A stretch of DNA of 64,000 bases from Promethearchaeota archaeon (GTDB taxonomy: Archaea > Asgardarchaeota > Lokiarchaeia > Sigyniarchaeales > SOKP01), in assembly GCA_029838195.1 (NCBI GenBank), contig JALGVJ010000038.1:1-64000 (forward strand), read 5' to 3'. A model generated the notes under the pieces. That model was not told where the DNA came from, searched no databases, and worked only from the letters and a program-made list of their open reading frames with translations. Below, piece by piece: positions 19,368 through 30,580 of this stretch. How positions within the stretch are numbered: the first letter of the stretch is position 1; every line of letters starts with the position of its first letter. The position numbers and the translations under genes are program-made.

Positions 19368-19527
19368 ATCTTCTTCTTCCTCTCTCGGAGAAAAATCGAA
19401 AAATTTAAATTTAAATTTCCTTTTCTTTCCCCCACGCGTGCTTCCACGAGAAGAGGAAAAGAAGTTGTTAGATAAAAGGAGCAGAGAACCTTTTCTTGAA
19501 AATGTCGACATTTGTTAAAGTGAATTG

Positions 19528-19866
19528 CTATTGAAAGAAAATTCCTTGAAATTCTTTTTTTAAAATGTCAAGAACCACGCATTTATCTTTAATGTCTAAT
19601 TGGTCAAAAGAGCATCCTTTTGAATGATACATGTCCGGTGCTTTGTCCTCAAACAGCGCTTGAATCAGGATTAATCCATTTTTAATGACCTCATTATACT
19701 CCGAATTATCGGCCAAAGACATTAATTCAATGAAGGATTTTCCCATTAAGCGAACTCTTTTACTCGGATCTTGCTCTACCTCCTTATAGAGTTCAAGTAT
19801 TTGATTAAAGGGCTCAATTTCATGATCAGAACTATTCTCAAGAGAATTCTTAATTCCTTTCATCAC
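19528..19866 (-). CDS. Hypothetical protein
   Basis: 112-aa ORF with plausible composition. Confidence 0.6.
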   Translation of the reverse strand: MMKGIKNSLENSSDHEIEPFNQILELYKEVEQDPSKRVRLMGKSFIELMSLADNSEYNEVIKNGLILIQALFEDKAPDMYHSKGCSFDQLDIKDKCVVLDILKKEFQGIFFQ

Positions 19867-20175
19867 TAGTTAAATCCCCTAATTTAGAGCAATTTCCTAA
19901 GAATTCTTTTTGAAGGTCAAATAAACCTATAAACAACCTTAAATAATATATTTGTGGTTCATAATAAAACCTAATTTTTTTTTACTTTTTTGTACGATTG
20001 CTACAGACAAAAAAGCACATGAGAAGTTAGAATTTTTCCATGAAAATGTTCTCAATGTCATGAAAAATAATCAAAAATCCTTCATTCTTTTAAAAAAAGA
20101 TGATTTCACGCCCCTCGACTAAAAAATTTAGGAGTATCGAAACACGCGAAAATTCCGAATTCCATGATAATGTAA

Positions 20176-21189
20176 TTAAATAAGCCCGATTTTTTCTAAC
20201 TCGGGAGGCACGTGGTGATACGTTTCATAATAGCGTTTTCTCACGTCCGTGAGGGTATAAGAATGTGTTTGAGCCCCGATCGTTTCTATTGTGAATGAGC
20301 TCACCACGGAGCCTAATCTGCAAGCATCTAATAAGGTCATGTTTAATAGCAAGCCTGTCAAGATTCCCGCTCGATATCCATCACCAGCCCCTGTAGAGTC
20401 AGAAAATTTTTCCGGCTTAGCAATTGGAATGAGAATTTCATGTATTTTTTGGTTATCATCTTTATACGTGAGTTTGGACCCTTCTACGCCCATGGTCGTG
20501 ATGATGGCATGTAATTCTCCAATCAATCCATGTTCATCCATGTTCAATTTATTTTTAATTTGTTTAAGCTCATGAATGTTTCCAATGAGAATTTCTGATT
20601 TTTTTATTATCTCAAGCAATAATTCTTTTGGAAAGAGGGGGACGACTTGGCCGGGGTCAAAAATAGTAGGGATGCCCATCTCGTATAGTTGTTCTCCAAA
20701 ATTCACCATGGCGTCCACGCTTTGCGTGGAATTAATCGCATGAAGATAATTTTCAGGATCGGGTATTTTTTCTTTCAAATTAATGTCTTTACACTTGTCA
20801 AGAGCACCTCCGTGGAAAATAATCATTTGATTCGCTTTAATGTCATTAACAATGTAGCATGCTGCAGTATGAAGATTTTCGTGGATATCCATATTTAAAT
20901 TAATATTGGGAAATTGTTCCATGTGGTTTTTATATCCTAAATGCTCAAAATCTTTTCCAACAGAGCCCACGACCGTGACGTGCGAAAGATTCAATAATCC
21001 TAAATTATATGCAATATTTCCCGCTGTTCCTCCAAAATGCTGTACCCTGCTTTTAGCGGTAATCGTTCCTTGATACTGCTCTTTTTCATGATCCACCGAT
21101 ACAGCATTTAAAAAGCTTTCCTCAAAAGTGAAGATATAATCAAATGCCAAGGACCCTAAGACCAAAATTTTATTTTTTTTCAACGTCAT
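20176..21189 (-). CDS. PfkB-family carbohydrate/nucleoside kinase
   Basis: GSLAFD, GGTAGNIA, FDPGQ, DSTGAGDGYRAG. Confidence 0.92.
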   Translation of the reverse strand: MTLKKNKILVLGSLAFDYIFTFEESFLNAVSVDHEKEQYQGTITAKSRVQHFGGTAGNIAYNLGLLNLSHVTVVGSVGKDFEHLGYKNHMEQFPNINLNMDIHENLHTAACYIVNDIKANQMIIFHGGALDKCKDINLKEKIPDPENYLHAINSTQSVDAMVNFGEQLYEMGIPTIFDPGQVVPLFPKELLLEIIKKSEILIGNIHELKQIKNKLNMDEHGLIGELHAIITTMGVEGSKLTYKDDNQKIHEILIPIAKPEKFSDSTGAGDGYRAGILTGLLLNMTLLDACRLGSVVSSFTIETIGAQTHSYTLTDVRKRYYETYHHVPPELEKIGLI

Positions 21190-21329
21190 GACATGAATGA
21201 AAGTTAAATTAATTTAAGTTCATGATAAAATAACATTCGATTAATTAAATGTATTGTGAGGATTAATAAATTAATTGGTGAAATTTGATAATGCTTACTG
21301 ATTTTTACCATGGACCATTATTCTTTATC

Positions 21330-21956
21330 ATGTCAGATTTAATTCGTTCTATAGAACAGCTTAAAAAAACGAATATTAACGGTACAATTAAAGAGAGAAT
21401 CCGTCAATTTGAGAACAAGAGAACTCAATCCATTGAAGAGAACTTTAAAGATTTATGTTTTTGCATCATGACTGCAAATTGTTCTGCCGAAAAATGCTTG
21501 GAAATTTATGAAACAATAGATGATGGCTTTTTATATCTTTCGGAAGAGGAATTATCATTAAAATTCAGGGAATTGGGCTATCGTTTTCCGAAGAAGAGAG
21601 CAGAATATATCATTGAAGCGAGGAATTCCATGGATATATTGGAAACACTATTATCCAGCAATCTAGAAGCCAAGCTCTTAAGAGAACAATTAGTTAGACA
21701 CTTTAGAGGAATAGGATATAAAGAAGGAAGTCATTTTCTACGAAATATTGGGTTTAAGAATGTAGCAATCATAGATTCTCACGTGATAGATCTTTTAGTA
21801 AAATATAATTTAATTTCGAGACCCAACACCTTAACAAGAAATAGATACATGGAAATCGAAGAAATTTGCGAAAAAATCGCAGCAGAGTTGAATCTCACTC
21901 TAGCAGAGTTAGATTTTTATTTCTTGTATTTAGAAATCAAGAAAATTTTAAGATAA
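21330..21956 (+). CDS. ogg: 8-oxoguanine DNA glycosylase/AP lyase
   Basis: LCFCIMTAN, GYRFP, GIGYKEGSHFLRNIG, AIID; start placed at the ATG 21330. Confidence 0.9.
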   Translation: MSDLIRSIEQLKKTNINGTIKERIRQFENKRTQSIEENFKDLCFCIMTANCSAEKCLEIYETIDDGFLYLSEEELSLKFRELGYRFPKKRAEYIIEARNSMDILETLLSSNLEAKLLREQLVRHFRGIGYKEGSHFLRNIGFKNVAIIDSHVIDLLVKYNLISRPNTLTRNRYMEIEEICEKIAAELNLTLAELDFYFLYLEIKKILR

Positions 21957-22278
21957 CCAAGAGCTCTACCTAATTTAAAATATAATAAAAAAGGAGATGT
22001 CTTGCGGTAAGAATAAAAATAAAACAAGCAGTATTTTCAAAAAATTTTTTTTAATTCTCATGGGCTAAAAAATTCTTCTCGTTACATGTCCCTTCTTAGA
22101 AGTTATTAAAAGTAATTTATTTAATAAAGCCTTAAAGCATTTTAAAAGACTCATCCATGAGAAAATGAGAAAACCTCATAAAATGAAAACGTTTCATGTA
22201 TTTGAAGGATGATAACAATCAAGATTAATTAAAGAAAAAAAGAAACGTTTTAGTGGAGATTTTGGAACGAGATCTCCT

Positions 22279-22998
22279 CTAATTATTTGGTTTTATTCGA
22301 TTTGCAATGAACTTGGGCGTGAAAAATCCAAGATATAAAAAGAAAGCTCCAATAATTAACACTATCCGGATAATGACCAAGGAAACATGATTTAATTCCA
22401 CCCCCCCATCAATTACTCCGCAAATGGGATACGTAATAAAGGCAATTATTAAGACTTTTCCTTTAAATTTCACGAGCGGATCCTTCGAACTAAGAGAAGC
22501 ACGGGCAAATATTAATCCCGTAATGGTAATGGAGAAATTAATGAATAATAAATAGATCAGCAGGAAAGGTGAAAAATTGATGTCAAAAAGACCTGTAAAA
22601 ATTCCCAAGTATTGCGGATCAACAAATAAATTGTACACGATAAAACTTTCCGCAATGACGAAGACAATTCCATAGAAAATCAAGAGATACTTGCGAAACT
22701 TCTGAAACATCATTTCTGTAAAGCCTATTAAGTAAAATGTCATGAAAAGCGGAATGGAAAGCGTGCCGATTGCGATGTATGAAAATAATGTAAGTGGAGT
22801 TCCTGTAATTAGCGTCATGAGGAAAGAAAGGGCAGATGACCACCATGGGGAATAAAATCCTATATAAGCAACACCCCAATAAATGAATATTCTTTTTCGA
22901 TAATTAAAGAAATTGAAAATGATAGAAAGCCCGATAATCACGCTAATTATCATTACAGCCAAGCTCATGGAACCATTTAAAATATCATACAGATCCAT
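22279..22998 (-). CDS. Multi-pass (about 7 TM) membrane protein
   Basis: Hydrophobic segments throughout. Confidence 0.75.
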   Translation of the reverse strand: MDLYDILNGSMSLAVMIISVIIGLSIIFNFFNYRKRIFIYWGVAYIGFYSPWWSSALSFLMTLITGTPLTLFSYIAIGTLSIPLFMTFYLIGFTEMMFQKFRKYLLIFYGIVFVIAESFIVYNLFVDPQYLGIFTGLFDINFSPFLLIYLLFINFSITITGLIFARASLSSKDPLVKFKGKVLIIAFITYPICGVIDGGVELNHVSLVIIRIVLIIGAFFLYLGFFTPKFIANRIKPNN

Positions 22999-23149
22999 GT
23001 TTTTCCCTCTTCATTTGCGATTAAATATATTAACCCGTTATTAGAGAATTATATCATATAGGAATGAAAAAAGAGAACTATAATTTAAATTATTGCATTA
23101 ATGTAAAATAATTTTTAGCCGATAGAAAATACATGAGGCTTTAATCCAT

Positions 23150-23600
23150 TTAAACAGAAAAAAATACTTGAAAAAATCGAAAAAACACTTAATGAAATAG
23201 TTAAAAGGATGAATCTTACTTTAGTAGAGTTAGATCTCTATCCATGTTATCTTGAAACAAACAAAATTTTAAAACAAATCATCTTAATCTTTAAATTGGA
23301 AAAAAAAATTTATCCCAATTTGGTAAAATTACAGATACAAATTAAAAAGAAAAAATTTTTTAGAAACAATATTCCTCTTAAGGTTTTGTTTTAAGACATT
23401 TAGCAATGAATTTTGGCGTGAAGAATCCTAGATATAAAAAGTACACTCCCGTGATTAATACTAATCTGACAATAACCAAGGAAATATGATTGAGTTCTAC
23501 CCTACCATCAATTATTTCATAGTTGGGATACTTGATAAACGCAATTATCAAAATTTTTCCCTTTAATTTTATATAAAGGTTATTCGAGCTCAGCGAATTC
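23150..23600. pseudogene. Degenerate duplicate of the ogg 3' end (+) and the membrane-protein 3' end (-)
   Basis: 23209 reads MNLTLVELDLYPCYLETNKILK, versus ogg LNLTLAELDFYFLYLEIKKILR. 23402-23590 aligns with 22304-22495. Confidence 0.8.
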
Positions 23601-24000
23601 GTTTCCTCACGTTAAAACACGATTTCAATTCTCATGCTTTTAAAATTACACATTTGTTCCGTTTAGCTCATGATTTTTATGGGTAATATGAAATGCTCTA
23701 GCGTGCAATCAAAGAGAAAAAAGTCGTAGAATTCGGTGTAATGTGTTTTCAAGCAGTTTTTCAAAGAAAGGAATTTCTTTCAGATATCCATATCCAATGC
23801 CTTTCATATTGTTTCATTTCTATTAATTTAAGGTGTATCTTCGAAAGCATGTATCTTTCCATCTCTGAAATAAATCCGTGAAATTAAATAATACAGTAGA
23901 AACAAATTGGTTGATTCAATTATCTAAAAAGAAAATAAATTTTTTAAAAGAATAAATTATTATGTTATTGAAAGAGTTATTTAAAAGATGGTAAAAAAAC

Positions 24001-24771
24001 ATGACCCTTGATCCTAATGTAATGCAAGAAATAAAAGAGTATGTAGATACTCAAATTGAAAAACAAGTCAAGTCCATTCAAATTCAGTACCTCAAAGATC
24101 ATTTTCATCATTTTCTTACAAGAGAAGAATTTTTAGACGCAATGAATAAATTAGACCAGCGGTTCGAGGCCATACAGGAGCAGATGGACAAGCGCTTCGA
24201 TCAGATGGACAAGCGATTCGAGGCCATGCAGGAGCAGATGGACAAGCGGTTTGAGCAGATGGACAAGCGATTCGAGGCCATGCAGGAGCAGATGGACAAG
24301 CGGTTTGAGCAGATGGACAAGCGATTCGATGCTTTACAGGAACAGATAGACAAGCGATTTGAAAAGGTCTATGAACGTTTTGAACAAATGGATTTTGGTC
24401 GTGCTGAGATCGTTGAGGGAATATTATATATCGTCGTAAAAAGAGAATTAAAAAAAAGGGGTCATGATGTTAAATTAAAAACCCGTCAACATTTTACAGA
24501 TGAGAAATATGAAGTCCATCCCGATACAAAAGACGTGGAAATCGACATGTTGCATTTGTCCCCGAATATAATTGGAGAGGCAACCTTAAAATTAACCGAT
24601 GTTGAAAAATTGAGGACTTTTATCCGTAAGATTCAATTCATCGAATCGTATTATGGTGAATCCTTTGAAAGATATTTCTTTTGCTATACGATCTACGATG
24701 ATGTACGAGCAGAGATAAAACCCTTGCTCGAAAAATATCGGATTGAACTCATCATTCCTGAAAAATCTTAA
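24001..24771 (+). CDS. Coiled-coil heptad-repeat protein with C-terminal PD-(D/E)XK-like domain (paralog of 13563)
   Basis: MDKRFEQ/MDKRFEAMQEQ repeats; DVEIDML...IIGEATLK. Confidence 0.75.
   Translation: MTLDPNVMQEIKEYVDTQIEKQVKSIQIQYLKDHFHHFLTREEFLDAMNKLDQRFEAIQEQMDKRFDQMDKRFEAMQEQMDKRFEQMDKRFEAMQEQMDKRFEQMDKRFDALQEQIDKRFEKVYERFEQMDFGRAEIVEGILYIVVKRELKKRGHDVKLKTRQHFTDEKYEVHPDTKDVEIDMLHLSPNIIGEATLKLTDVEKLRTFIRKIQFIESYYGESFERYFFCYTIYDDVRAEIKPLLEKYRIELIIPEKS
24154..24362. repeat. Intragenic tandem repeats built on the CAGATGGACAAGCG core
   Basis: Alternating 21- and 33-bp units, GC-richer than the flanks. Confidence 0.88.
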
Positions 24772-25037
24772 TTAACCAAAATAAGGAAATTGAAAAACAT
24801 GGCTCTCGTTTTTAACTGACATAAAGAGTTGGCCACGTGAATTTTTATTTTAAAAAAATCTTCAAGGCTATCATACCTATTTATATCGATCGCAAAAAAA
24901 GAAAATATCCTGGTTGAGAGAGTAATAAGACCTAAGCGCCATACTGATACGAATTAATTAGAAGATAAAAAATGTTCCGAATGGAGATAAGTTTTTACAC
25001 CGGATACAGGAGATTATTTTTAGTGAATACAATAGAG

Positions 25038-25565
25038 TTACAGCAAGTTTTCATATCTTCGCTTCTTGATCAGGATCCCTATAATGGAAATGAAGGATCC
25101 TGCAAATATTAAATAGAGGCCGGGACCCATGTAAAAATATCTCCAAAAACTCACGGTTCGGCCATAAAAAATAATAAAAGCCACGTGTATCAAAAGCATC
25201 CATGCAAGAGAAAAGAGAAAAGAGAAAAACGAGTAAAAAATCCAGTTATTTTCCACATCTTCCATTTCTAATTTCCCTTTTTTCACTAAATAAGATTGCC
25301 TCAGCAAGAAAATGTTGAACGCGATTATACAAAATGAGCACGCAATAGAAGAGAGGATGATGAGAGGATAATCATGAAAATAGAGCGTAGGAAAGGCGGA
25401 AACGAGATAATCCTCCACCAACCCGATCATCCAAATAAATTTATAATAAATATCTCCATTAGGAAAATACCTAACAGACCAAGCAGCAGGAAATAAAAAA
25501 GATAGTAAGCACATGGCACTTCCAAGAAAAGAACCCATCCAATATTTTTCATTTACACGTGTCAT
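25038..25565 (-). CDS. Membrane protein (about 4 TM)
   Basis: Hydrophobic ORF. Confidence 0.7.
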   Translation of the reverse strand: MTRVNEKYWMGSFLGSAMCLLSFLFPAAWSVRYFPNGDIYYKFIWMIGLVEDYLVSAFPTLYFHDYPLIILSSIACSFCIIAFNIFLLRQSYLVKKGKLEMEDVENNWIFYSFFSFLFSLAWMLLIHVAFIIFYGRTVSFWRYFYMGPGLYLIFAGSFISIIGILIKKRRYENLL

Positions 25566-26147
25566 TAATTATTAACTCTTTTATTTGGAAAGATTATTTG
25601 AGATATCTCATGAACGCTATGAAACATAATCTATTATTATTTTTAAATCATATTTAAAATTTAATAGAAAGCTAGTTTTCCTTGGTTTGTTTAATCTAAT
25701 GGAAGAACAATGCGTATGCCATAAGGTTTTAAGATCTACCACTTGGAATAGCAAGCTCTTAATCTTGAGATGATAGTTCTTACATCATTTCCTAAAAAAA
25801 TTTACTATTCCATGAATCACCTCCTCAAAAATCAATTTTTCCAAGCATTGAAACAACTATTTGAATTATTGATAGGCCTCTGATGACGTTTAATGAGATT
25901 TCTTTTTTTTCGAGTGAATCCCAATTAACAGGACGAGTGAAGGCCTTATATTTTTAAGGAGAACGATAGGAGGATCGGGCATAATGAATTTCCGACAAGT
26001 TGTCTTAAGAAATAGCCACGATCATGATTTTTAGAATAGCAGAATGCCTTTTTTGATTCTTGATCATTGAAGAAATAAGGACTGAGTCAAAATCAAAAGA
26101 ATGAATTAAAAAAAATAAAAATTTATCCATGCAACGGCTAAATAAGA

Positions 26148-27653
26148 TTAAAAAAATTCAGGAGGGCGTTTTCCTTCCGTTATATAAGGCTCATTTCTAT
26201 CTAAAATTTTTTGAATTAAATGTTCACGGTCTGATTTTTTTAAGCGCTTAAGATACTCTTTTAATTCATATCTCGCATGATGGGGACCCCCCTCTTTAAT
26301 CACGATCTCTATGGGGTCGATACCCGTCTCCGAGGTTTTCATCATTTCCCAATGCCATTCATCCAACATGCGTAATGCCTCATTCCGAACGTCCGCATGT
26401 TGTTCAGAGAGATTAGTGGTCATGTGAAAATCTTTTTCATAATCAAATAACATGTAGTTTGGAAAGTCCTTTAAACCAGTATGATAGGTTCGAATGAAGG
26501 TCCACTTATCAAATCGTACTGCTCTCTGACAACTCCACGCATTTTGACTCAATACTAAGTACTCGCGCCCAAAATCTTCGTCATTTTGGATTTGCTTGAA
26601 AAAACTCTTGCCATCCCACGTTTTTGGTATTCTCCCACCAATACCCTCAATAATAGTGGCAGCAACGTCAAATTGATAAATGAGGGAAGAATATTCTTTA
26701 TTCCAATCCATGTTCGGCCATTTTATTATCATGGGGACTCTATTAATGATGTGATCAGCCGTGCAATGATCTCCATACACGTTTAATTCTCCTTGACATT
26801 CGCCATGATCCGAACTAATAATGATGAGCGTGTCCTCGATTACTTCTAAATTTTTTAGAATTTCTACAATTTTTCCTACCATGTTATCTGCGTAATGAAT
26901 TCCGGTATCATATCCATCAATCCACCTTTTATAATCTTCGAGTGTCTCCATTTCTAAAATTTCTGCTCTTGGGAATGATTTCATGTAAAATCTTGCCTCG
27001 AGAGTAGAACCTATCCCCCAAATATCTCTTGCAGAGTGCGGACCGTATCCTTTCCGATGCTCATCAATAATATCTTGTGTGATCCAAGAGGGTATTGGTT
27101 CTTCCAAGAAGGGATTTTCATATTCTAAAGGGGTACGATAAGGCGTGTGGGGATCCCACGTATTCACGTGAAGAAACCAATTATCCCCCTTGCCATTCTT
27201 ATTTAACCAGCTTTCAGCGTAAGGAAATACTACATTAGCAGTTTCCAAACCCATTTGCCCCGGATTAAACATTTCCCTCCAGCCCGCATTAAACCAATAC
27301 GCAGAATGCCGTTCAGCAAAAGGGGAAATAGATACCGGATAATATCGGGCTTTTCGAATGAGATACGTCCAGAAATCCTGATATCTAGCGTCAACAAATC
27401 CGCGTTCCTTTCCCTTGAGGCGTAAATCTGCAGCCGTTCCCCCGTGGCCAACAACTCCCGTATGAATACCAAACTGTCCCATAAAGAGAGCAGCACGAGA
27501 TGGAAGGCAAGGAGCGTCGGAGACATAACATTCGGTAAAGATCGTTCCTTCTTGAGCAATTTTATCGATATTAGGACTGGTCTTGCGGTGATATCCATAA
27601 CACGATAGATGATCGGCTCGCGTGGTATCAATATCAATATATAAAATTCGCAT
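26148..27653 (-). CDS. Sulfatase (Cys-type formylglycine)
   Basis: DTTRADH, CLPSRA (CxPxR), WDPHTPY, SSDHGE. Confidence 0.93.
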   Translation of the reverse strand: MRILYIDIDTTRADHLSCYGYHRKTSPNIDKIAQEGTIFTECYVSDAPCLPSRAALFMGQFGIHTGVVGHGGTAADLRLKGKERGFVDARYQDFWTYLIRKARYYPVSISPFAERHSAYWFNAGWREMFNPGQMGLETANVVFPYAESWLNKNGKGDNWFLHVNTWDPHTPYRTPLEYENPFLEEPIPSWITQDIIDEHRKGYGPHSARDIWGIGSTLEARFYMKSFPRAEILEMETLEDYKRWIDGYDTGIHYADNMVGKIVEILKNLEVIEDTLIIISSDHGECQGELNVYGDHCTADHIINRVPMIIKWPNMDWNKEYSSLIYQFDVAATIIEGIGGRIPKTWDGKSFFKQIQNDEDFGREYLVLSQNAWSCQRAVRFDKWTFIRTYHTGLKDFPNYMLFDYEKDFHMTTNLSEQHADVRNEALRMLDEWHWEMMKTSETGIDPIEIVIKEGGPHHARYELKEYLKRLKKSDREHLIQKILDRNEPYITEGKRPPEFF

Positions 27654-27838
27654 TTATTCCTACCTTTAAACGATAAAAAACATCAAACAATCATTTTCAT
27701 TTAATCATGAAATTTAAAACGATTATTATTAATCTAGCATTCAAAAATATTCTTTATCTTTTTAACAAGTCAAGGGAATTAGAATGCATGCAAAAATATT
27801 CTTTATTTTTTTAACAAATCGTAATGGAAAAAAAGGGT

Positions 27839-30166
27839 TTAAATAGAAAAGAGCACCCATAAAAAACCGGTCATCATAAATAAAGGTAAAAACGTGAGCG
27901 CCATCGTGTTAATGGTAGTTATAATGATATTCATTGAGGGGCCGGCACTATCTTTTAGAGGATCGCCCAAAGTATCTCCTACAATAGCTGATTTATGAGC
28001 AAAACTTCCCTTCCCCCCATATAATCCCGCTTCAATCCCTTTTTTAGCGTTATCGAAAGAAGCACCCCCTATGGAAAAAAATAGACCAACAATTAAACAG
28101 CCGGCGAGATTTCCAATTAAATAACCCGCAACCACTAGGGGTCCGAATAAAATTCCAATAGAAAGTGTGATGAGGAGGACGGTGAAAATGGGTTGGGTGA
28201 GTTTTTTTAAGGCACTTTTAGCAGATATATTAATGCATTTTTCATAATCCGGTTTTGAGAGACCTTCTTTTAATCCGGGGATTTCTCGATACTGCCTTCG
28301 AACTTCTTGAACCATTTCCTTGGCACCTTCTTCCACTGCTCGAAGGATCATGGCAGAAATTAAAAATGGCCCCGTGAATCCAATCAACAAACCAAAAATG
28401 ATGAGGGGTTTAAAAATTTCCAAATTCACGAATATATTGATAAAAGTTTCTTTGGGAATGAGGGTGTTTAATTCAGGGGCCAAGGCATGGACATTTATCA
28501 AAAACGTCAAGAATAACACGATACTACTAAAGCCGCCACAAACTAAAGCAAATCCTTTTGAAATCGCCTTGGTGGTATTTCCTACAGCGTCTAATTGATT
28601 CAAATTATATTTTAACTCTTCAGAAGCTTCCTCCCCGCCCATTTCAGAGAGACCTTGGGCATTATCCATGATGGGGCCAAAGGTATCAAAGCTTAATACG
28701 GTACTAATGATGGTATCACTGGAGGAAGATGCCATGGAAACACCCCATATGCCAAAACAGATTAAATAAAAAGAATAATCTACATTTTCGCCAAAAATAT
28801 TAATGAGATGATTATTCATGACACTTTCATGATATAAAATCCCAAAATAATATCCACACTGGAAAGATATAACCACCGCCACCCCAAAAATTAAGATCGG
28901 CCAGAACGTCGAGTACAAGCCCGCAGAGATTCCCGCTAATATATTAATCGATGGCCCCTCATTGCTCGCATCTGCAACTTTGCGCGTGTGTTTATAGTGA
29001 ATGTCCGTGTAATAAATCGTGAATAGAATTGAAATGAAGACCGTGATTAATCCTGTAAAACTCGCAAGAAAAAGATAAATCCCAATGGAACCAAATAGAA
29101 CGATGTTTAAAAAGAACAATATGAGGGCGTTTAAGGATGTAGAGGAGATAAAGACTTTCCAAATGCTTTTAGACGGCTTATTAAAATTTACCTTCAAGAA
29201 AAGAGTAGTAAAAAAGAGAGAGAACATGCCTAAAGCAATGAGCGTGAAATTCACGATAATAAAAATCGGCTCCCCCGTGATGATAAATAAGATTAACCCT
29301 AACACCATTCCCCCTATGACATCTGAGGATGCACTCTCAAATAAATCAGCTCCTCTCCCCGCGCAATCTCCGACGTTATCTCCTACGAGATCTGCTATGA
29401 TTGCGGGATTGCTGGGGTCGTCTTCTTTAATGCTCATCTCATATTTTCCTACTAAATCTGCACCCATATCAGCTGATTTGGTGAAGATGCCGCCTCCTAC
29501 TTGAGCCAACAAAGAGGAAACGCTGGCTCCAAAACTAAACCCTACGATTAAATAGATATTTCCATTAAAGAGTAATAATATGATCCAAATGCCCAGAATG
29601 AACAGACTAATGTTTAAGATCCCGGTAATCATGCCACCATAATATGCTAATTTAAAACCTTCATTCGGATCTTTCATGGAGGCTTCGACGACTAAGATAT
29701 TTGTTCTCGTGGCGGTCGTCATTCCGATGTAGCCCGCGAGCAAGGAACTCAAGGCTCCAATGAGGAAAATGATGCCCGTAAACATGAAGCCCAAGAAAGG
29801 CACTTCTAAAAATTGAATGCCTGTAAGTCCCACGGGAATGAAAAGAATGGCTAAAATTACGAATAATACTTTCCCTTGCTGACTCAAGTACACCCGTGCG
29901 CCTCTCTGAATGTAATTGCTTATTTCCCTCATTTTCCCGTTGTTTTTTTCCACATGTTTGATTTTCTTGAAAATGAGAAGCAAGCAAATAAAAGAAAAGA
30001 CTAATGTCAAGGGGATGATGATGCATAAGCAAACAAAAAATAGCGGATGAGAAGTAAGATCTTTAAAAAGCGAATCTCTTAATTCATCGATTACCGGCAA
30101 TTCAAATATCAAGACAATACTCCTCGAAATCCACGAGTGGGAAATCGTAAAAAAGAACTGCTCCAA
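27839..30166 (-). CDS. hppA: Membrane-integral ion-translocating pyrophosphatase
   Basis: ADMGADLVGK, DNVGDCAG, GPIMDNA, LDAVGNTTKA, GDTLGDPLKD; true start likely slightly downstream. Confidence 0.93.
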   Translation of the reverse strand: MEQFFFTISHSWISRSIVLIFELPVIDELRDSLFKDLTSHPLFFVCLCIIIPLTLVFSFICLLLIFKKIKHVEKNNGKMREISNYIQRGARVYLSQQGKVLFVILAILFIPVGLTGIQFLEVPFLGFMFTGIIFLIGALSSLLAGYIGMTTATRTNILVVEASMKDPNEGFKLAYYGGMITGILNISLFILGIWIILLLFNGNIYLIVGFSFGASVSSLLAQVGGGIFTKSADMGADLVGKYEMSIKEDDPSNPAIIADLVGDNVGDCAGRGADLFESASSDVIGGMVLGLILFIITGEPIFIIVNFTLIALGMFSLFFTTLFLKVNFNKPSKSIWKVFISSTSLNALILFFLNIVLFGSIGIYLFLASFTGLITVFISILFTIYYTDIHYKHTRKVADASNEGPSINILAGISAGLYSTFWPILIFGVAVVISFQCGYYFGILYHESVMNNHLINIFGENVDYSFYLICFGIWGVSMASSSSDTIISTVLSFDTFGPIMDNAQGLSEMGGEEASEELKYNLNQLDAVGNTTKAISKGFALVCGGFSSIVLFLTFLINVHALAPELNTLIPKETFINIFVNLEIFKPLIIFGLLIGFTGPFLISAMILRAVEEGAKEMVQEVRRQYREIPGLKEGLSKPDYEKCINISAKSALKKLTQPIFTVLLITLSIGILFGPLVVAGYLIGNLAGCLIVGLFFSIGGASFDNAKKGIEAGLYGGKGSFAHKSAIVGDTLGDPLKDSAGPSMNIIITTINTMALTFLPLFMMTGFLWVLFSI

Positions 30167-30580
30167 GATTTTTATTCAAGGTTCAAGGATTTAATCAAAT
30201 GAATGTTTTTAGACACGTGTTTAGCTCCTTTACACAATTTTCTAAAAATCTTGGTCATTTATTCTCTTTTTAACGACACCCAACCCTTTATTATCTATAA
30301 TTAAGGAAAAGAAGCCAAGAATAAATAATTTTCGAAAAGGAAAGATTTAAAAGCGCATGTTAGAAAAAAATAAAGGAAAAATTTTTATATTATTTCTTGA
30401 CTTGCGAACTTGACATTTGGAACCAAAACGTTTAATTAAAATTTTTTTTGTCATTTAAACTAAAGGTGATAAATTTTAAATTCATACATGACTATTCAAT
30501 TCAATAAAATGCCATCTATTTAAATCAAAAACAAATCATGGATGAGATAAAGAATATCGGAAGGGAGGGGGAATGTTAAC

